Shown here piece by piece: positions 36,342 to 47,536 of a stretch of 64,000 nt of DNA. Each line of letters begins with the position of its first letter. Within the stretch, counting starts at the first letter, position 1. A program made the position numbers and the translations under genes. The DNA comes from Oopsacas minuta (Eukaryota; Animalia; Porifera): NCBI GenBank assembly GCA_024704765.1, contig JAKMXF010000277.1:248001-312000 (forward strand), written 5' to 3'. Below the pieces are notes generated by a model. It made no database searches. It saw nothing but the letters and a program-made list of their open reading frames with translations, and was not told the DNA's origin.

Positions 36342-37625
36342 TCAAATCAATAACAAACACATCAACACAAACACCAGGAATAGTATGCCTTGGGATGTTA
36401 GCTTGTTGACACCTGAACAGGTGTTAGTTTCATTTTGGAATTCATACCCTGCTTCAGTACAATTACAAAAAGCACTAAGAGCAGTATTAACACAAATACT
36501 ATCTGATGGACAGATAAATGTATTATTGAAGCACTCAAAAGATTGTAGAGGGCAGCCAATATAGTTCGAACTATTCGTGATAGAATTGCCATCCACATCT
36601 ACTGGGGTAGAACAAGTTCCATCAACTGTCCAACTCAGATTAACTGATACGAAATTAAGCCAGGCCATATCACAACCACATTCAAATGGATTCCAACTTG
36701 AATATATTTCAATTAGTGATTTCTGTCCCGCAAAGAATTCCTGATCTAGTGCTGTTAGGTTGCATGATGCTACTATTAATGTCACAAGTTTTGAGAATGT
36801 ATATTCGAGTAGAAAATCCATATTTACTGAATTAGATATTCTCAGAATCACTAATTCATCCAATCCAATAAATGCATCATCTTCAAATTCTGTGTCCAGT
36901 GAATCTACAATGAGAGATAGATTTTGGAGATTCACAATATTAGCAAATAGAAAACTGGGATATCTCTGTATTCCATGGAGAGTTATATCTGTGATATATG
37001 TAGCATTATCGAAGGCATTCTCAGCTAAATTAAACCATTGTGCAACATATGTCTGTATCATGGTTAATTTTATCAATATCAGCTGGTTTAACATTGCAGA
37101 AGTGACTGTAACTACAGAAGGTAGTATCAGTGAATCCAAACTAATTTCTATAAGTTGAGTATAGAATACAGGGAATCCATCGAGTGTAAGAAATTCAAGA
37201 TATACATACTGTAGGTTGGAGAAACCGCTTAGAAAATCTTTACTCACAGTTAGACTCCCGTGGGTGGTAATCATAAGAGACGTAACGTTTGGGTTGTCAG
37301 ATATGAAGACTATTTCATTATTTCCTTCAACGATTAAATCAAGACGAACTACTCTCGTATCGATCGACACGTTAATCGTCTGCTGATCGAGTTCTTGGAT
37401 ATAGAATTGTTGAGAAGTTCGATTACTATTAAAAAAATATTCCGAACACTCGGAGATTACGCTGCTAGCTTTCTCTGCGTCGTTATTAGTGGTAATATTG
37501 CAATATATTGCAAAGGATTCAACGGTACATGATATTTCACCAGTATCACAAGGAGCTCCACCCAATACTATGTCAAGTGATGTGAACAAAAATACAAGTA
37601 TTAATAAAGAAGAAATTGATAGCAT
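36342..37625 (-). CDS. LRR-EGF protein family B, copy 3 (cbEGF module deleted), probable GPI/TM anchor
   Basis: Signal peptide from ATG 37625; core near-identical to B2; ends [11 protein letters not shown]. Confidence 0.9.
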   Translation of the reverse strand: MLSISSLLILVFLFTSLDIVLGGAPCDTGEISCTVESFAIYCNITTNNDAEKASSVISECSEYFFNSNRTSQQFYIQELDQQTINVSIDTRVVRLDLIVEGNNEIVFISDNPNVTSLMITTHGSLTVSKDFLSGFSNLQYVYLEFLTLDGFPVFYTQLIEISLDSLILPSVVTVTSAMLNQLILIKLTMIQTYVAQWFNLAENAFDNATYITDITLHGIQRYPSFLFANIVNLQNLSLIVDSLDTEFEDDAFIGLDELVILRISNSVNMDFLLEYTFSKLVTLIVASCNLTALDQEFFAGQKSLIEIYSSWNPFECGCDMAWLNFVSVNLSWTVDGTCSTPVDVDGNSITNSSNYIGCPLQSFECFNNTFICPSDSICVNTALSAFCNCTEAGYEFQNETNTCSGVNKLTSQGILFLVFVLMCLLLI

Positions 37626-38246
37626 TGAAATATGATAGAAAAGAGTTGATGAGGAGAATTTAATTACAAAAGGCATATGCACGTTTATATAAACTCAGTG
37701 GCTATATGACATATCCAAAATCCCCACATGATATACATATTAAGATCGCACATAGTGTTTTCAGTTCCGGTGTGAATTAATATACTAAGGATAGCATGAT
37801 AATACAAAGAATTTTTAGTACAGCTCTTATCCGATAAATCCAATCTGGGAGATATGAGAAGTCTTCATGGAAGTATCGATTTGTGTAATTGTGAATTGGC
37901 CATATATAACGATTTCACATAGATTACTATGTCGTATTAGGTATTACATGGTTTCCCTCACTAATATTTATTACATATGATTACAGCCTTTTCATCGTTG
38001 TGTAGCATTCGTATATCACTTATCTAAATGATATTATATTTAATTGTACGAGGATTTACGCAGTTACTTTAAAAACATTATATATTGATGATGTCAGTGG
38101 ATAAGACTATATACTACCAGTTAATAATGATAATATAGACGTTATTTAAAGAAATATAGATTACACATATATACATAGTTAGAATAACTATATAATAATA
38201 TAGGAAAAATGGGACCACCAAAATAGCAATAAATAATATTAGAAAA

Positions 38247-39055
38247 ATGGGCTGCAAAGAAAGTAAGGTTGCTAACAAACCACAATCACAACAGACACGC
38301 GAAATTGCACATACAGTAACACAAGAAAATAATGTACTAGAAAACAATCAAGACAATGAAGTGGAGCCTAAAAGTAAACCTATCAAAGTTAGCAATGAAT
38401 GCAATGGAAATATCGAGGAAGTTAAATCATTAGATTTCCCAGATTCAGAAAAGTCCTATGTACGACAGGCATTAGCCAAATTTCTACCTGATTATAATGT
38501 CGATACCATCCCAGTATTCGGAAAAGAAGGAAGTATCGTTGTTATGCGAGTATTGAGAGACCGAAATGTAATATTAACACCAGATCCAACTGCGAAGTAC
38601 TTAGTCTACGGAACAACAGAAACCAGATACACGCTACACCTGGCTAGAAAGAATGATGACCCGTCTAATCTAAATTTTTGCATCATTGGGACACAAGTAG
38701 AGATAAATTCGTAAGCAGCCCATTCTTTGATCAAGACCCTGAGGCGGGCAAGGAGGTCAAATGTGATACCAAGTTGATACAAGAAGCACTTAAGAACAAG
38801 GATCCTGTCTTAGCTATTGGGGAGGTACTCAAGACGATTATGTCTGACAGAAATGGGGAAAATAATGGTCTGGAAGGTCCTGATTTTTTGTGGGTACTAG
38901 AAGGTAACGGTGAGAATTTTGGTATCTCTACAACGGATAAATCCATGTTCTGGGAAGATATAAATGATGATAGAATTGATAATGTCCCTAAACCTCCAGT
39001 TAAGGTAACTGAGAATCAAGCTAAAATGTTGCATTTACGATTTAGAGATACTTAA
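38247..39055 (+). CDS. Orphan protein copy 2 (MGCKESK dual-acylation motif), frameshift at 38672-38674
   Basis: Two ORFs together are colinear with 33340-34173; CTAAATTTTT here vs CTAAAATTTTT in copy 1. Confidence 0.75.
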
Positions 39056-40061
39056 CAAATTTACCATCATTTACTTGGAAACTATATAATGTGTTGGCTA
39101 GAATATGATAGATTGTAAATGTATTTTCTAAAGAACTTTATGTAGAGTAAACTTGGATAATACGTAGCCAATTGGAGAAACTATAATATTTACGTGATAT
39201 TTGAGTGTAAGTCTTATCCGAAGGGACTGTATTAAAAAAATTGGTGATACATTTTGGTTTGAAAGAATTAGCACGCATCACCCGATTATTCGGCTAATTC
39301 ATTTTGAAACAATGATAGAATGTAAGATCGCGATCATTTTTAGTCACCACTCTTCCCTCTAAGGAATCGGGAGGGGTATTCCCCCTGAATTTTCTCATTT
39401 TTAGAGGTTACTCCACCGAATTTTGACAACACCCCATGTCAGATGTGCTGCCCCCCGAAAGTTAGAGGGAACCCTGAGAATGTGGCTACTGGGACATTTT
39501 ACTTATTCATAATAAACAAATATTTGTTGAAACTGGTTGACGTTCATTTAGTATTTCTCGAATGTACAATTGTTTATTCAGTACTGAATATCCAAAATAC
39601 AAATGGGATGAGGATGGGAATTATGTTTTCCTGCGTGGGAATACCCATATGGGAATGGAATGGGTATGGAGATTGAAATTCTACTCCCACGACAATCCCT
39701 ATTCATAGACAGAACTAGGGCTATTTTGAGTGCGCATCTGCTCACCTATATTCTAATCCACCCCAATATATAAAGTATAGGACAGGTGGGCATAGCATCA
39801 TCTTTACCCACACAGGATTCAAGATCCTAGTTGTGTCAATGTGTGTAGTAATAAATTTCAATACATTACCTTCGTAATTGTCTATACTATACTATACTAT
39901 ACTTGATATTACTTAATTCTATGTGAAATCATATTAGTTGCAAGTGCTAGCCAATATGAGTCATTCGATATAATTAGATTGGTGAGCTGTTTGAGATTGT
40001 ATAAATGAACTTTACAATAAATATTTCCAAACTGTACACAAATTGAAAGACATTAATAATA

Positions 40062-40916
40062 ATGGAGAGAGCTAGAACATTACTAAATGCTGTAAATAAA
40101 TACTTTGACACAGCTGAAACAATGATCAAGTGGCTAAAAGCACTAGTTGGGGACATAGAGAGTCATCAAAAAGCAGTGAGGATCTCAAAGACAACTGCTG
40201 CTTCAGTTGGAATCCTGAGTACCGTGCTCCTATTCACTCCTCTTGCCCCTCTAGGAGTTGCTGGTATTGCTGGATCAGCTATTACAGGAGTTGGTACATC
40301 CATTGGAGACATAATAAGGACAAAATTAGATTCTTCAAAGATCACTACCAAGGTAGAAGAAATGAAGTCAGACGAAAAAGTACTTATAACTTTGCTCGGA
40401 GTATTGGGTAATGATATAAAGGCAGAGGTAAAAAGGTCTGGAGTATCTGATGAAATAGCAGTAGGTATTCTACTCGGAGGTATTGTGCCAACCGGAGGTA
40501 TTGTGCTAGCAGGAGGAGGTATTATGCTAATAGCAGGAGCAACTGTAATTCTTTCTGGAAAACTGGCTGTTGATGGTGCTATTACAGGAAAGGTTGCACT
40601 AGATTTGGCAAGAATTTCTGCTACTTCTATCAAGACAGCAACTTCTTTGTCTGGGATGGCAGGTTCTATGTCTGAGTTAGTAGTAAGAGGAGCACAGGCA
40701 GTAACAGGAGCTGCTAGAGTAGGAGTGGGTGCTGTAGGGGTTGCAAGTGGTGCGTTGGCTGGAGTTGGTGCAGTCATTGGAGTAGCAGATGCTGTGTGGA
40801 CCTGGAAACATAATAATCCGAATTTAGATACTACAAAGGCACTAATTAAACAACTAGTGGATTGTGTTGCCGAACTGGTTGAGCTGAAAAGTTCATTGGA
40901 GAGGATCTGTAATTGA
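40062..40916 (+). CDS. APOL: Apolipoprotein L-like protein, 284 aa
   Basis: Amphipathic N-helix; HQKAVRISK followed by a Gly/Ala-rich hydrophobic hairpin (LLFTPLAPLGVAGIAG); second Gly-rich hydrophobic segment; C-terminal leucine-zipper-like helix; no signal peptide. Confidence 0.7.
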   Translation: MERARTLLNAVNKYFDTAETMIKWLKALVGDIESHQKAVRISKTTAASVGILSTVLLFTPLAPLGVAGIAGSAITGVGTSIGDIIRTKLDSSKITTKVEEMKSDEKVLITLLGVLGNDIKAEVKRSGVSDEIAVGILLGGIVPTGGIVLAGGGIMLIAGATVILSGKLAVDGAITGKVALDLARISATSIKTATSLSGMAGSMSELVVRGAQAVTGAARVGVGAVGVASGALAGVGAVIGVADAVWTWKHNNPNLDTTKALIKQLVDCVAELVELKSSLERICN

Positions 40917-42328
40917 CGGGGTGATGTGACTTCGTCAAACTACTCACTTCCAACTAGTGGAAAGTGATAGATAAACATAGATTTTATGTGATTAGTTTCG
41001 TATTAGTTTGAATGCTCATACTAAATTCTTGTATCTATAGCTAGCTCAGTTCGCATAACTTATGGTACTTCTTTTGTATTTGTTTTGGATCTTTGTATTA
41101 AAATCTTGTTGAGGTAGAGTTTTAACCTTTTGAAAGTGATTTAAAGTTGAAAATATTTGGTCAACGAATACAACATATGAAATTATGAATGGAATAGATA
41201 ATACATATAGAGCTTAGCCCTACTAGAGCACGGCTTTGGTACAATTGGTGTTGGGTATAATGAAATCACGGAAAATTTGAAGAATAAGGTGAATTGTTCA
41301 ATTTGAGGTATTGTACAGTCCAAAAAATAAATGCAAACATGGGATTTGAACAGAAGGCACCAGGTTATTAGAAAATGATCTTAAGAACAACGCTAATGAA
41401 ACACACTGATCAACAACTATTGAATGCGATATAAAAGCTCAGACCCACATTAAATAGCTTGAAAAACACATAACTACAATTAGGGGGCATGATTCATAAT
41501 CGAAACAAAATTCCCATCAACAGAAACCAAAAGAAAGTGGATGCCACCATATTTTGTACTTTTTAGGTGAAAATCGAAGGAACATAAGCATTTACATAGA
41601 AATGACACCAATTGGATAATACAAAATATATTACTTGCTAATAGAATGTTGACTATAATGTTGAACTCAAATTTGTAAACTGAAAAATATAGTTAAAATC
41701 CAAATATTTCCATAAAGAAGCACCTTCGCGAAAAAACACAATTTATTGTTGTTTTCATAAACAAAACAATAAATTTTCATATTATTATTAATTCAAAACT
41801 GTGAAAATCAGATTCTGTATAATTGCTATATTTATTCAAGTAATGTAGAATTCTGTTACATTCTTGATAAACACGATAAATACATAGTTATGTGATATCT
41901 CATAATTGAGAAATTCGAATTCAATACAACATTCCATAAATCCTTTCCTTGACAACGAACAAACAAACACAACACAACAATCGAGTTTTAATAATATAGA
42001 CTGCACTGCCAGTGACTGTAGTGCCTATGAGCACGTGACAGCCAAGAGCAGTATTAAACAATTAGCTGTTCAATAACTAAGCACATCTAAGTGACTATAT
42101 GATTCAAAGTTATGTAGGCTAAGGGTTTGGGCCTCGATGGCCTCCCCTTCAGTATACAAAGCAGTAAAAATACAAGGACATAGGGAAAGGTTGGTAAATT
42201 GCCCATAAATGTATTCCACATAATATTTGGCTTACTTATCAGTAATAGATGATGTAATAATTATCAGTTATAAATTATAATCCACCAAATCATTTGCAAA
42301 ACATATTCAGAAATATTCGTAAACATTA

Positions 42329-43087
42329 TTACCTATATGGGTCTATCGATCTACCTTTTTCTCCAGTTCCTTTATATACGTAATAACTGATCCCTTTCTG
42401 TCCCTTCTCACCTTTCGCACCTTGTGGTCCAGTGACTCCAGTACTGCCTTTATAACCGGGTACTCCAGGTGACCCTGGTTCACCATTTGTACCAGGAAAT
42501 CCAGGTGGCCCAGGATAAGCAGGGAAGCCTTGGGGCCCGATTGTTCCTTTAGCACCAGGGTAACCCTTTGGACCCGGCGTACCTTCTGGTCCGGTTTCAC
42601 CCTTCGCCCCCTGATCACCCGTGTCTCCTTTGAGCCCTTTTGGACCTGGCGCGCCTTCCCTACCATCAATACCAGGTTTTCCTGGGATTCCGATTGCTCC
42701 AGGAATTCCTATAGAGCCTTCTCGCCCCATAAACCCAGGGAGGCCGATATCACCTATGTCTCCTCCCCGACCCTTTGTACCTTTCTGACCTTTAAACCCT
42801 GGGATCCCCTGACTACCATCATCCCCAGCTGAACCTTTAGTACCCTTTGTACCATCTGTGCCGTGCTGTCCTACATTTCCAACCTCTCCTTTCTGTCCTT
42901 TCTGTCCAGCACAAATACAATCTTCCACACTTCTCTTATCTCTTGTTAAACTATCAACCTGACTCTTCAACTGTTCTATCTCAATTCTCATTTCTTCCAT
43001 TTGAGTCATAAATATCTTTTCATCTAATGCTCCAGTTGTTATTACAATATTTGTAATAACAATGAGAATAAATATTGTGATTTTCAT
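42329..43087 (-). CDS. Short-chain intronless collagen 2 (signal peptide, coiled coil, RDKR, CIC, Gly-X-Y), 252 aa
   Basis: Uninterrupted Gly-X-Y run of about 59 triplets. Confidence 0.92.
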   Translation of the reverse strand: MKITIFILIVITNIVITTGALDEKIFMTQMEEMRIEIEQLKSQVDSLTRDKRSVEDCICAGQKGQKGEVGNVGQHGTDGTKGTKGSAGDDGSQGIPGFKGQKGTKGRGGDIGDIGLPGFMGREGSIGIPGAIGIPGKPGIDGREGAPGPKGLKGDTGDQGAKGETGPEGTPGPKGYPGAKGTIGPQGFPAYPGPPGFPGTNGEPGSPGVPGYKGSTGVTGPQGAKGEKGQKGISYYVYKGTGEKGRSIDPYR

Positions 43088-44548
43088 TGTTTACAAACAA
43101 TTTCCTCCAATTGAAAATTCTCAGTTCATTTTATATCAAATTATGTTTCTTATTTCATCTTTGTAACATATTTTCATTGATTAGCAAACCAACCTTCTCA
43201 AAATTACAGGAAATTATTTGTATTTTAAACCCAATAAAAGAATCGTGGTTACAAATTGCCTAGAATGTTGTATTACATAAGATTACTTCAGCATTATGTA
43301 ATTGATAACCAAATTGCTATGATGGATGTAATAATGGTTAGTGTATTATTTGCATAGCGATTTCAGTAAAAATGTGATTTAACTGAATGCTGCCGGGAAA
43401 ATGTGTCATTTTATTACTTCAAAAATGTGCTGAAATCTCGATTTGGGGGTGGGAGTTGATTGAAACGAAGTGGTGGCATGATCGTATTCTTTTCGTTACG
43501 AACGGCAGTAATCGGTTAAGGTTAGAATGAAATATAATTAGCTTCTATCATACCTTGGATATTTTCTCGAAATTCCAAAATTTTCAAATTTTCCTGGATT
43601 TCAAATTTTATGTACAAATAATATGAATTCTTCCCACATTTTATGAGAAACAAAGTCAGAATAAACGAATATTTTCGCTGGATTAAAATTTCCCCTAAAT
43701 CATAAGTCAAATTCCTATATAGTAGCTGCATGGTTATTAATACCACGCGCAATGATGCCTGAGCATTCACCCCCTCCCCATACCTAACATGTCTGGCTAA
43801 GTCAGGGATTGTCATACATACCGTTACATATATACTACAATTACACGATCTTTTCTCAATTATATTACTTCATCTGCGGCGCGTGAGATTTCAACAAAGT
43901 CATATATTACTTATTATCATATCTGTAAAAGCCTCTCAGTTAGAGGTCACTAAACAAAATTTGGGGAGACTTAGCCAAATCCAGCCTCCATTACCCGCTG
44001 CTCATGACTTGCTTGTAACATTACTTTTCCTAACTCCTTTGTTAGCGTTATTAGTACGAGTATTAGAAACTCCACTGTAAAATAACTTTGAACTTGCTGA
44101 CTCTACTTTTGATTATATCAATAGCATGTAGGTTATAATGTACAGTGATTAAAGCTTTCACTTTCTAGAAAATTATGTATTCTTAATGCGTATAATGATG
44201 AATGAAACCTCAGTGCAAATGGGAGTTAAACCAGTTTGCAAATTTCAAAAACATAATTATAGATTCATATTGTCTTGTTTCACTTTCCAGTCATGGATTA
44301 ATGCTGACATATACTTATATTTAGCTCTGCAACACCAGAACTAATATCCACCTTACAAACTTAGCCAAAATCTATAATAATATTTGAAATAATGGACAAA
44401 AATGTGCCGCAAAATTGATTGCATTATAGACTGATTGAATTCTTGTATTATACTGAGTCAGGAGTTTTCATACATTTAGAACGTCATTGTGCCCAAAGAT
44501 TGATATAAAAGGCTGTAATTTGTATTTCAGTTCAACAGGCCTTTTACA

Positions 44549-45214
44549 ATGAAATTAATATTAATAGTTCTTGTATTCACTCTTGCAGCAAATGTATTCG
44601 CAGAAATTGAGAATGAACAACTTAAACAAGAGTTAGAAAGCATTAAGCTAGAATTAAATGAATTAAAGGATCAGATGAACACTGTTTCAAGAGAGAAAAG
44701 GCAAACATTGAACTGTACTTGTCCGCCAGGTCCAGTAGGGGAGAAAGGAGAGATTGGATTTCCAGGACAAGATGGAGTACCAGGTCAAAATGGAGAAACG
44801 GGACCTCCAGGCGCTCGAGGAATAAAAGGAGATCGTGGAATGGAAGGAGTTGAGGGTCCAATTGGGTTCACTGGTGCAAAGGGAGAAGTAGGAGATGATG
44901 GAGAATTTGGACCCAAAGGTGAAGTAGGTGCCCAAGGCAACCCTGGACCTACAGGTTTTACAGGAGACTCCGGACGACCTGGGATTGATGGATTTGATGG
45001 GATTCCGGGTGCAACAGGACCTGCAGGAACAAAGGGATCACAAGGTGATCGTGGTTTTCATGGGGCACAAGGATTAAAAGGAGGAAAGGGGGACGTAGGA
45101 GAAATTGGACCGATTGGACCACATGGTCCATTTGGGGTAAAAGGTGAAATAGGGCCTAGAGGTAAGAAAGGGATCAAAGGAGAGAAAGGACGTCATTCTT
45201 TTATAAGGTGGTGA
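44549..45214 (+). CDS. Short-chain intronless collagen 3 (signal peptide, coiled coil, REKR, CTC, Gly-X-Y), 221 aa
   Basis: Close paralogue of collagen 1 including promoter (TATAAAAG at 44504) and 3-prime UTR. Confidence 0.92.
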   Translation: MKLILIVLVFTLAANVFAEIENEQLKQELESIKLELNELKDQMNTVSREKRQTLNCTCPPGPVGEKGEIGFPGQDGVPGQNGETGPPGARGIKGDRGMEGVEGPIGFTGAKGEVGDDGEFGPKGEVGAQGNPGPTGFTGDSGRPGIDGFDGIPGATGPAGTKGSQGDRGFHGAQGLKGGKGDVGEIGPIGPHGPFGVKGEIGPRGKKGIKGEKGRHSFIRW

Positions 45215-45944
45215 AATGCCAATTTACTTTTGGTTAAATTCTATTGTATACCTTTTACTTACTTTTATTAGCTCTGAGATAGATGTATGTATGTAAATCA
45301 GTCATTAATCACAAATAATATCTACAATAGTGTACTATACTTTGCAATGCTACAGGTCTAGAATTTATTGCCTAAGTAATGAAATGTATATTAACATTTA
45401 CAGGTTGGTGGTAATACCCTCAGTTATTATCTACAACACGACTTAATTAGTACAAGAAGAGAAACACACTAATTGATCCATATTATGTTAGTATACGACT
45501 TGACGTTGTAGATTATTTTGCTGTAGTGAAATATGAATATGCCCTGGCTTATGAGTTAATAGGCCATGTTTCAGTGGACATTTCGCTTCCTATGCTTTAA
45601 TTGTGTTAATTCAAATTTTGGAGCAATTTTTATCGATATTATTATCAGTCAAATAGTGAAAATACATACTTTTAGATAAAATTAGATGTTGAAACTATAA
45701 AGGTCATGGAAGTAGAAGTTTTTCCCCGAGGGGTACATCTTATCCGAGTTCTACTGTACGTAGTTTATTGTTTTGATACCCTTCACAAATGAAACAATTG
45801 GATATTTAATGAAGTGATAAGTTATGGAAATACACTACAATGAAATAGGGAACATAAATATGTAAAAGACACGCAGTAAAGAAACACAATTTTTGAAAAA
45901 AGAGTAAATAATGTATGCGTTATATAAAATGAAATTGTAATGAA

Positions 45945-47225
45945 TCACGAGAGGGTGAGATGGGGATAGATCGAATTACGAGAGGGTGAGATAGGGATAG
46001 ATCGTCCAATAGAAATGGTCTTTTTCAGAGGTATATGACTATTGAAATCAAAATAAAACCTAAGAAACAATGATTTCTCCGGCGTTATAAAGTTATTATA
46101 ATTATGCCGATACATTTTGTGGAATATTCCGCTTTCTCGCCAAGCCTTAAGATTAAAGTCCATTGATCTTTCTTCCCAACTCGAATTCGTGAAATCCAGC
46201 TTATCGACTACAACAGCAATGTATCGTGTAATAATTGGCTCTCCTGGATATTTGTGGATGTGTTCTACCCCATTCCTCTTAAGAGAGAAATTCATGTAAC
46301 CTGCATGATAACTCAAATGTATGTGACAGCTAATTTTGTCAATATAGAAAACAGGACTCAGCTCTGTGTAGCCATCACTTTGCTTTTTAACTTCCTTGAT
46401 TTCCCAATCAACTCCATCAAGTTGCTTCATTGCTCTTACCTGCATATTTAATCCAATTCGTTCTCTCTTCAATGACTTAATTTCTTGATTTTGCTGAGAT
46501 AATACAGCTAAAGTCATATCTATATGTTCTGAGGTGAAATATTTCTTGTGTTCAGTGAGGAACTGTCTTTGCATTGGATCTACCATACAGCCAAAATCAG
46601 CGAAAGGACATTTGATAAATTCTAATGGGCAATCTTCTTTATGATGAAATAGCTGTATACGAGGAAATTTCTTTCCACAAGTATTGGGACACAAAATAGG
46701 AAATTCTCTGCAAACATTCAAATGTTTATCCATTTCTAGAAATATTTGCATTTTACTACAGTAGACACATTCTATTTCTCGCATTGGGCAAATTATGTTA
46801 TTGTGTTTGTCTGTTTCTTGTCTTTCAAATATTTCTTTGCATTTTGAGCATTCAACCCGAAAGAATTCGCATATTTCCAAGTGTTCTCTAACTTCTGAGA
46901 ACTTTCCATTCCAACTGCAATCTCTAAAAAGTGGACATTTCACAATCAGTTTCGAAATTGAAATCTGTACTGTGTTCACAGAGTGAGACTGTAATGGAGA
47001 AGTACAACATACCGAACAGCTAGTTTCTCCATCTCTACAGCTAACAGCATCTCGCATAACTCCCAAACAAATCTTACACATAAGAAATTCTTCTTCTACA
47101 GAGTTGAGATTTTGAAGTAGAATTTCCCGCCTATATCCACAGTAGTGAACAACTCCAACCTTGCTTCTCTTCACAAAGAGCAATTCACTAGTGTCATCTG
47201 GTAGAATGTTTGCTTTTGAAGCCAT
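45945..47225 (-). CDS. TRAF-like protein copy 1 (degenerate RING, TRAF zinc fingers, coiled coil, MATH-like domain)
   Basis: CKICLGVMRDAV; repeated C-x2/3-C..H..C fingers; CPFADFGC; C-terminal beta-rich domain starting VDWEIKE. Confidence 0.85.
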   Translation of the reverse strand: MASKANILPDDTSELLFVKRSKVGVVHYCGYRREILLQNLNSVEEEFLMCKICLGVMRDAVSCRDGETSCSVCCTSPLQSHSVNTVQISISKLIVKCPLFRDCSWNGKFSEVREHLEICEFFRVECSKCKEIFERQETDKHNNIICPMREIECVYCSKMQIFLEMDKHLNVCREFPILCPNTCGKKFPRIQLFHHKEDCPLEFIKCPFADFGCMVDPMQRQFLTEHKKYFTSEHIDMTLAVLSQQNQEIKSLKRERIGLNMQVRAMKQLDGVDWEIKEVKKQSDGYTELSPVFYIDKISCHIHLSYHAGYMNFSLKRNGVEHIHKYPGEPIITRYIAVVVDKLDFTNSSWEERSMDFNLKAWRESGIFHKMYRHNYNNFITPEKSLFLRFYFDFNSHIPLKKTISIGRSIPISPSRNSIYPHLTLS

Positions 47226-47299
47226 TTTTTGAGAAATTCTACAGATACAATACTTTTCAAATATTATGATGTATTAATCTTATGGTTTAGTTAAAACTA

Positions 47300-47462
47300 C
47301 AGTCAACGCCGGTTAAATCGAAGCTCAAAAGACCGCGATAATTGTTTCTATAAGCTGAGTTCGATATATCCGAAATTCATGCTACTTTGGCGGTTTGGGA
47401 TCATATTTGTACAAGGTAGAGTTCGACTAAAGAGGGTATTTCGATTTAACCGGCGTTGACTG
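47300..47462. mobile_element. pogo/Tigger-type MITE at the palindrome centre
   Basis: 23-bp perfect TIR CAGTCAACGCCGGTTAAATCGAA, TA flanks, 117-bp unique core. Confidence 0.9.
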
Positions 47463-47536
47463 TAGTTTTAACTAAACCATAAGATTAATACATCATAATA
47501 TTTGAAAAGTATTGTATCTGTAGAATTTCTCAAAAA

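Noticed and set aside
44156-44288. ISRE/IRF-like TTTCACTTTC motifs (also near 30967 and 53179)
   Set aside because: Several TTTCnnTTTC matches are expected by chance in 64 kb of AT-rich DNA; one is coding and one looks like a polypyrimidine tract.
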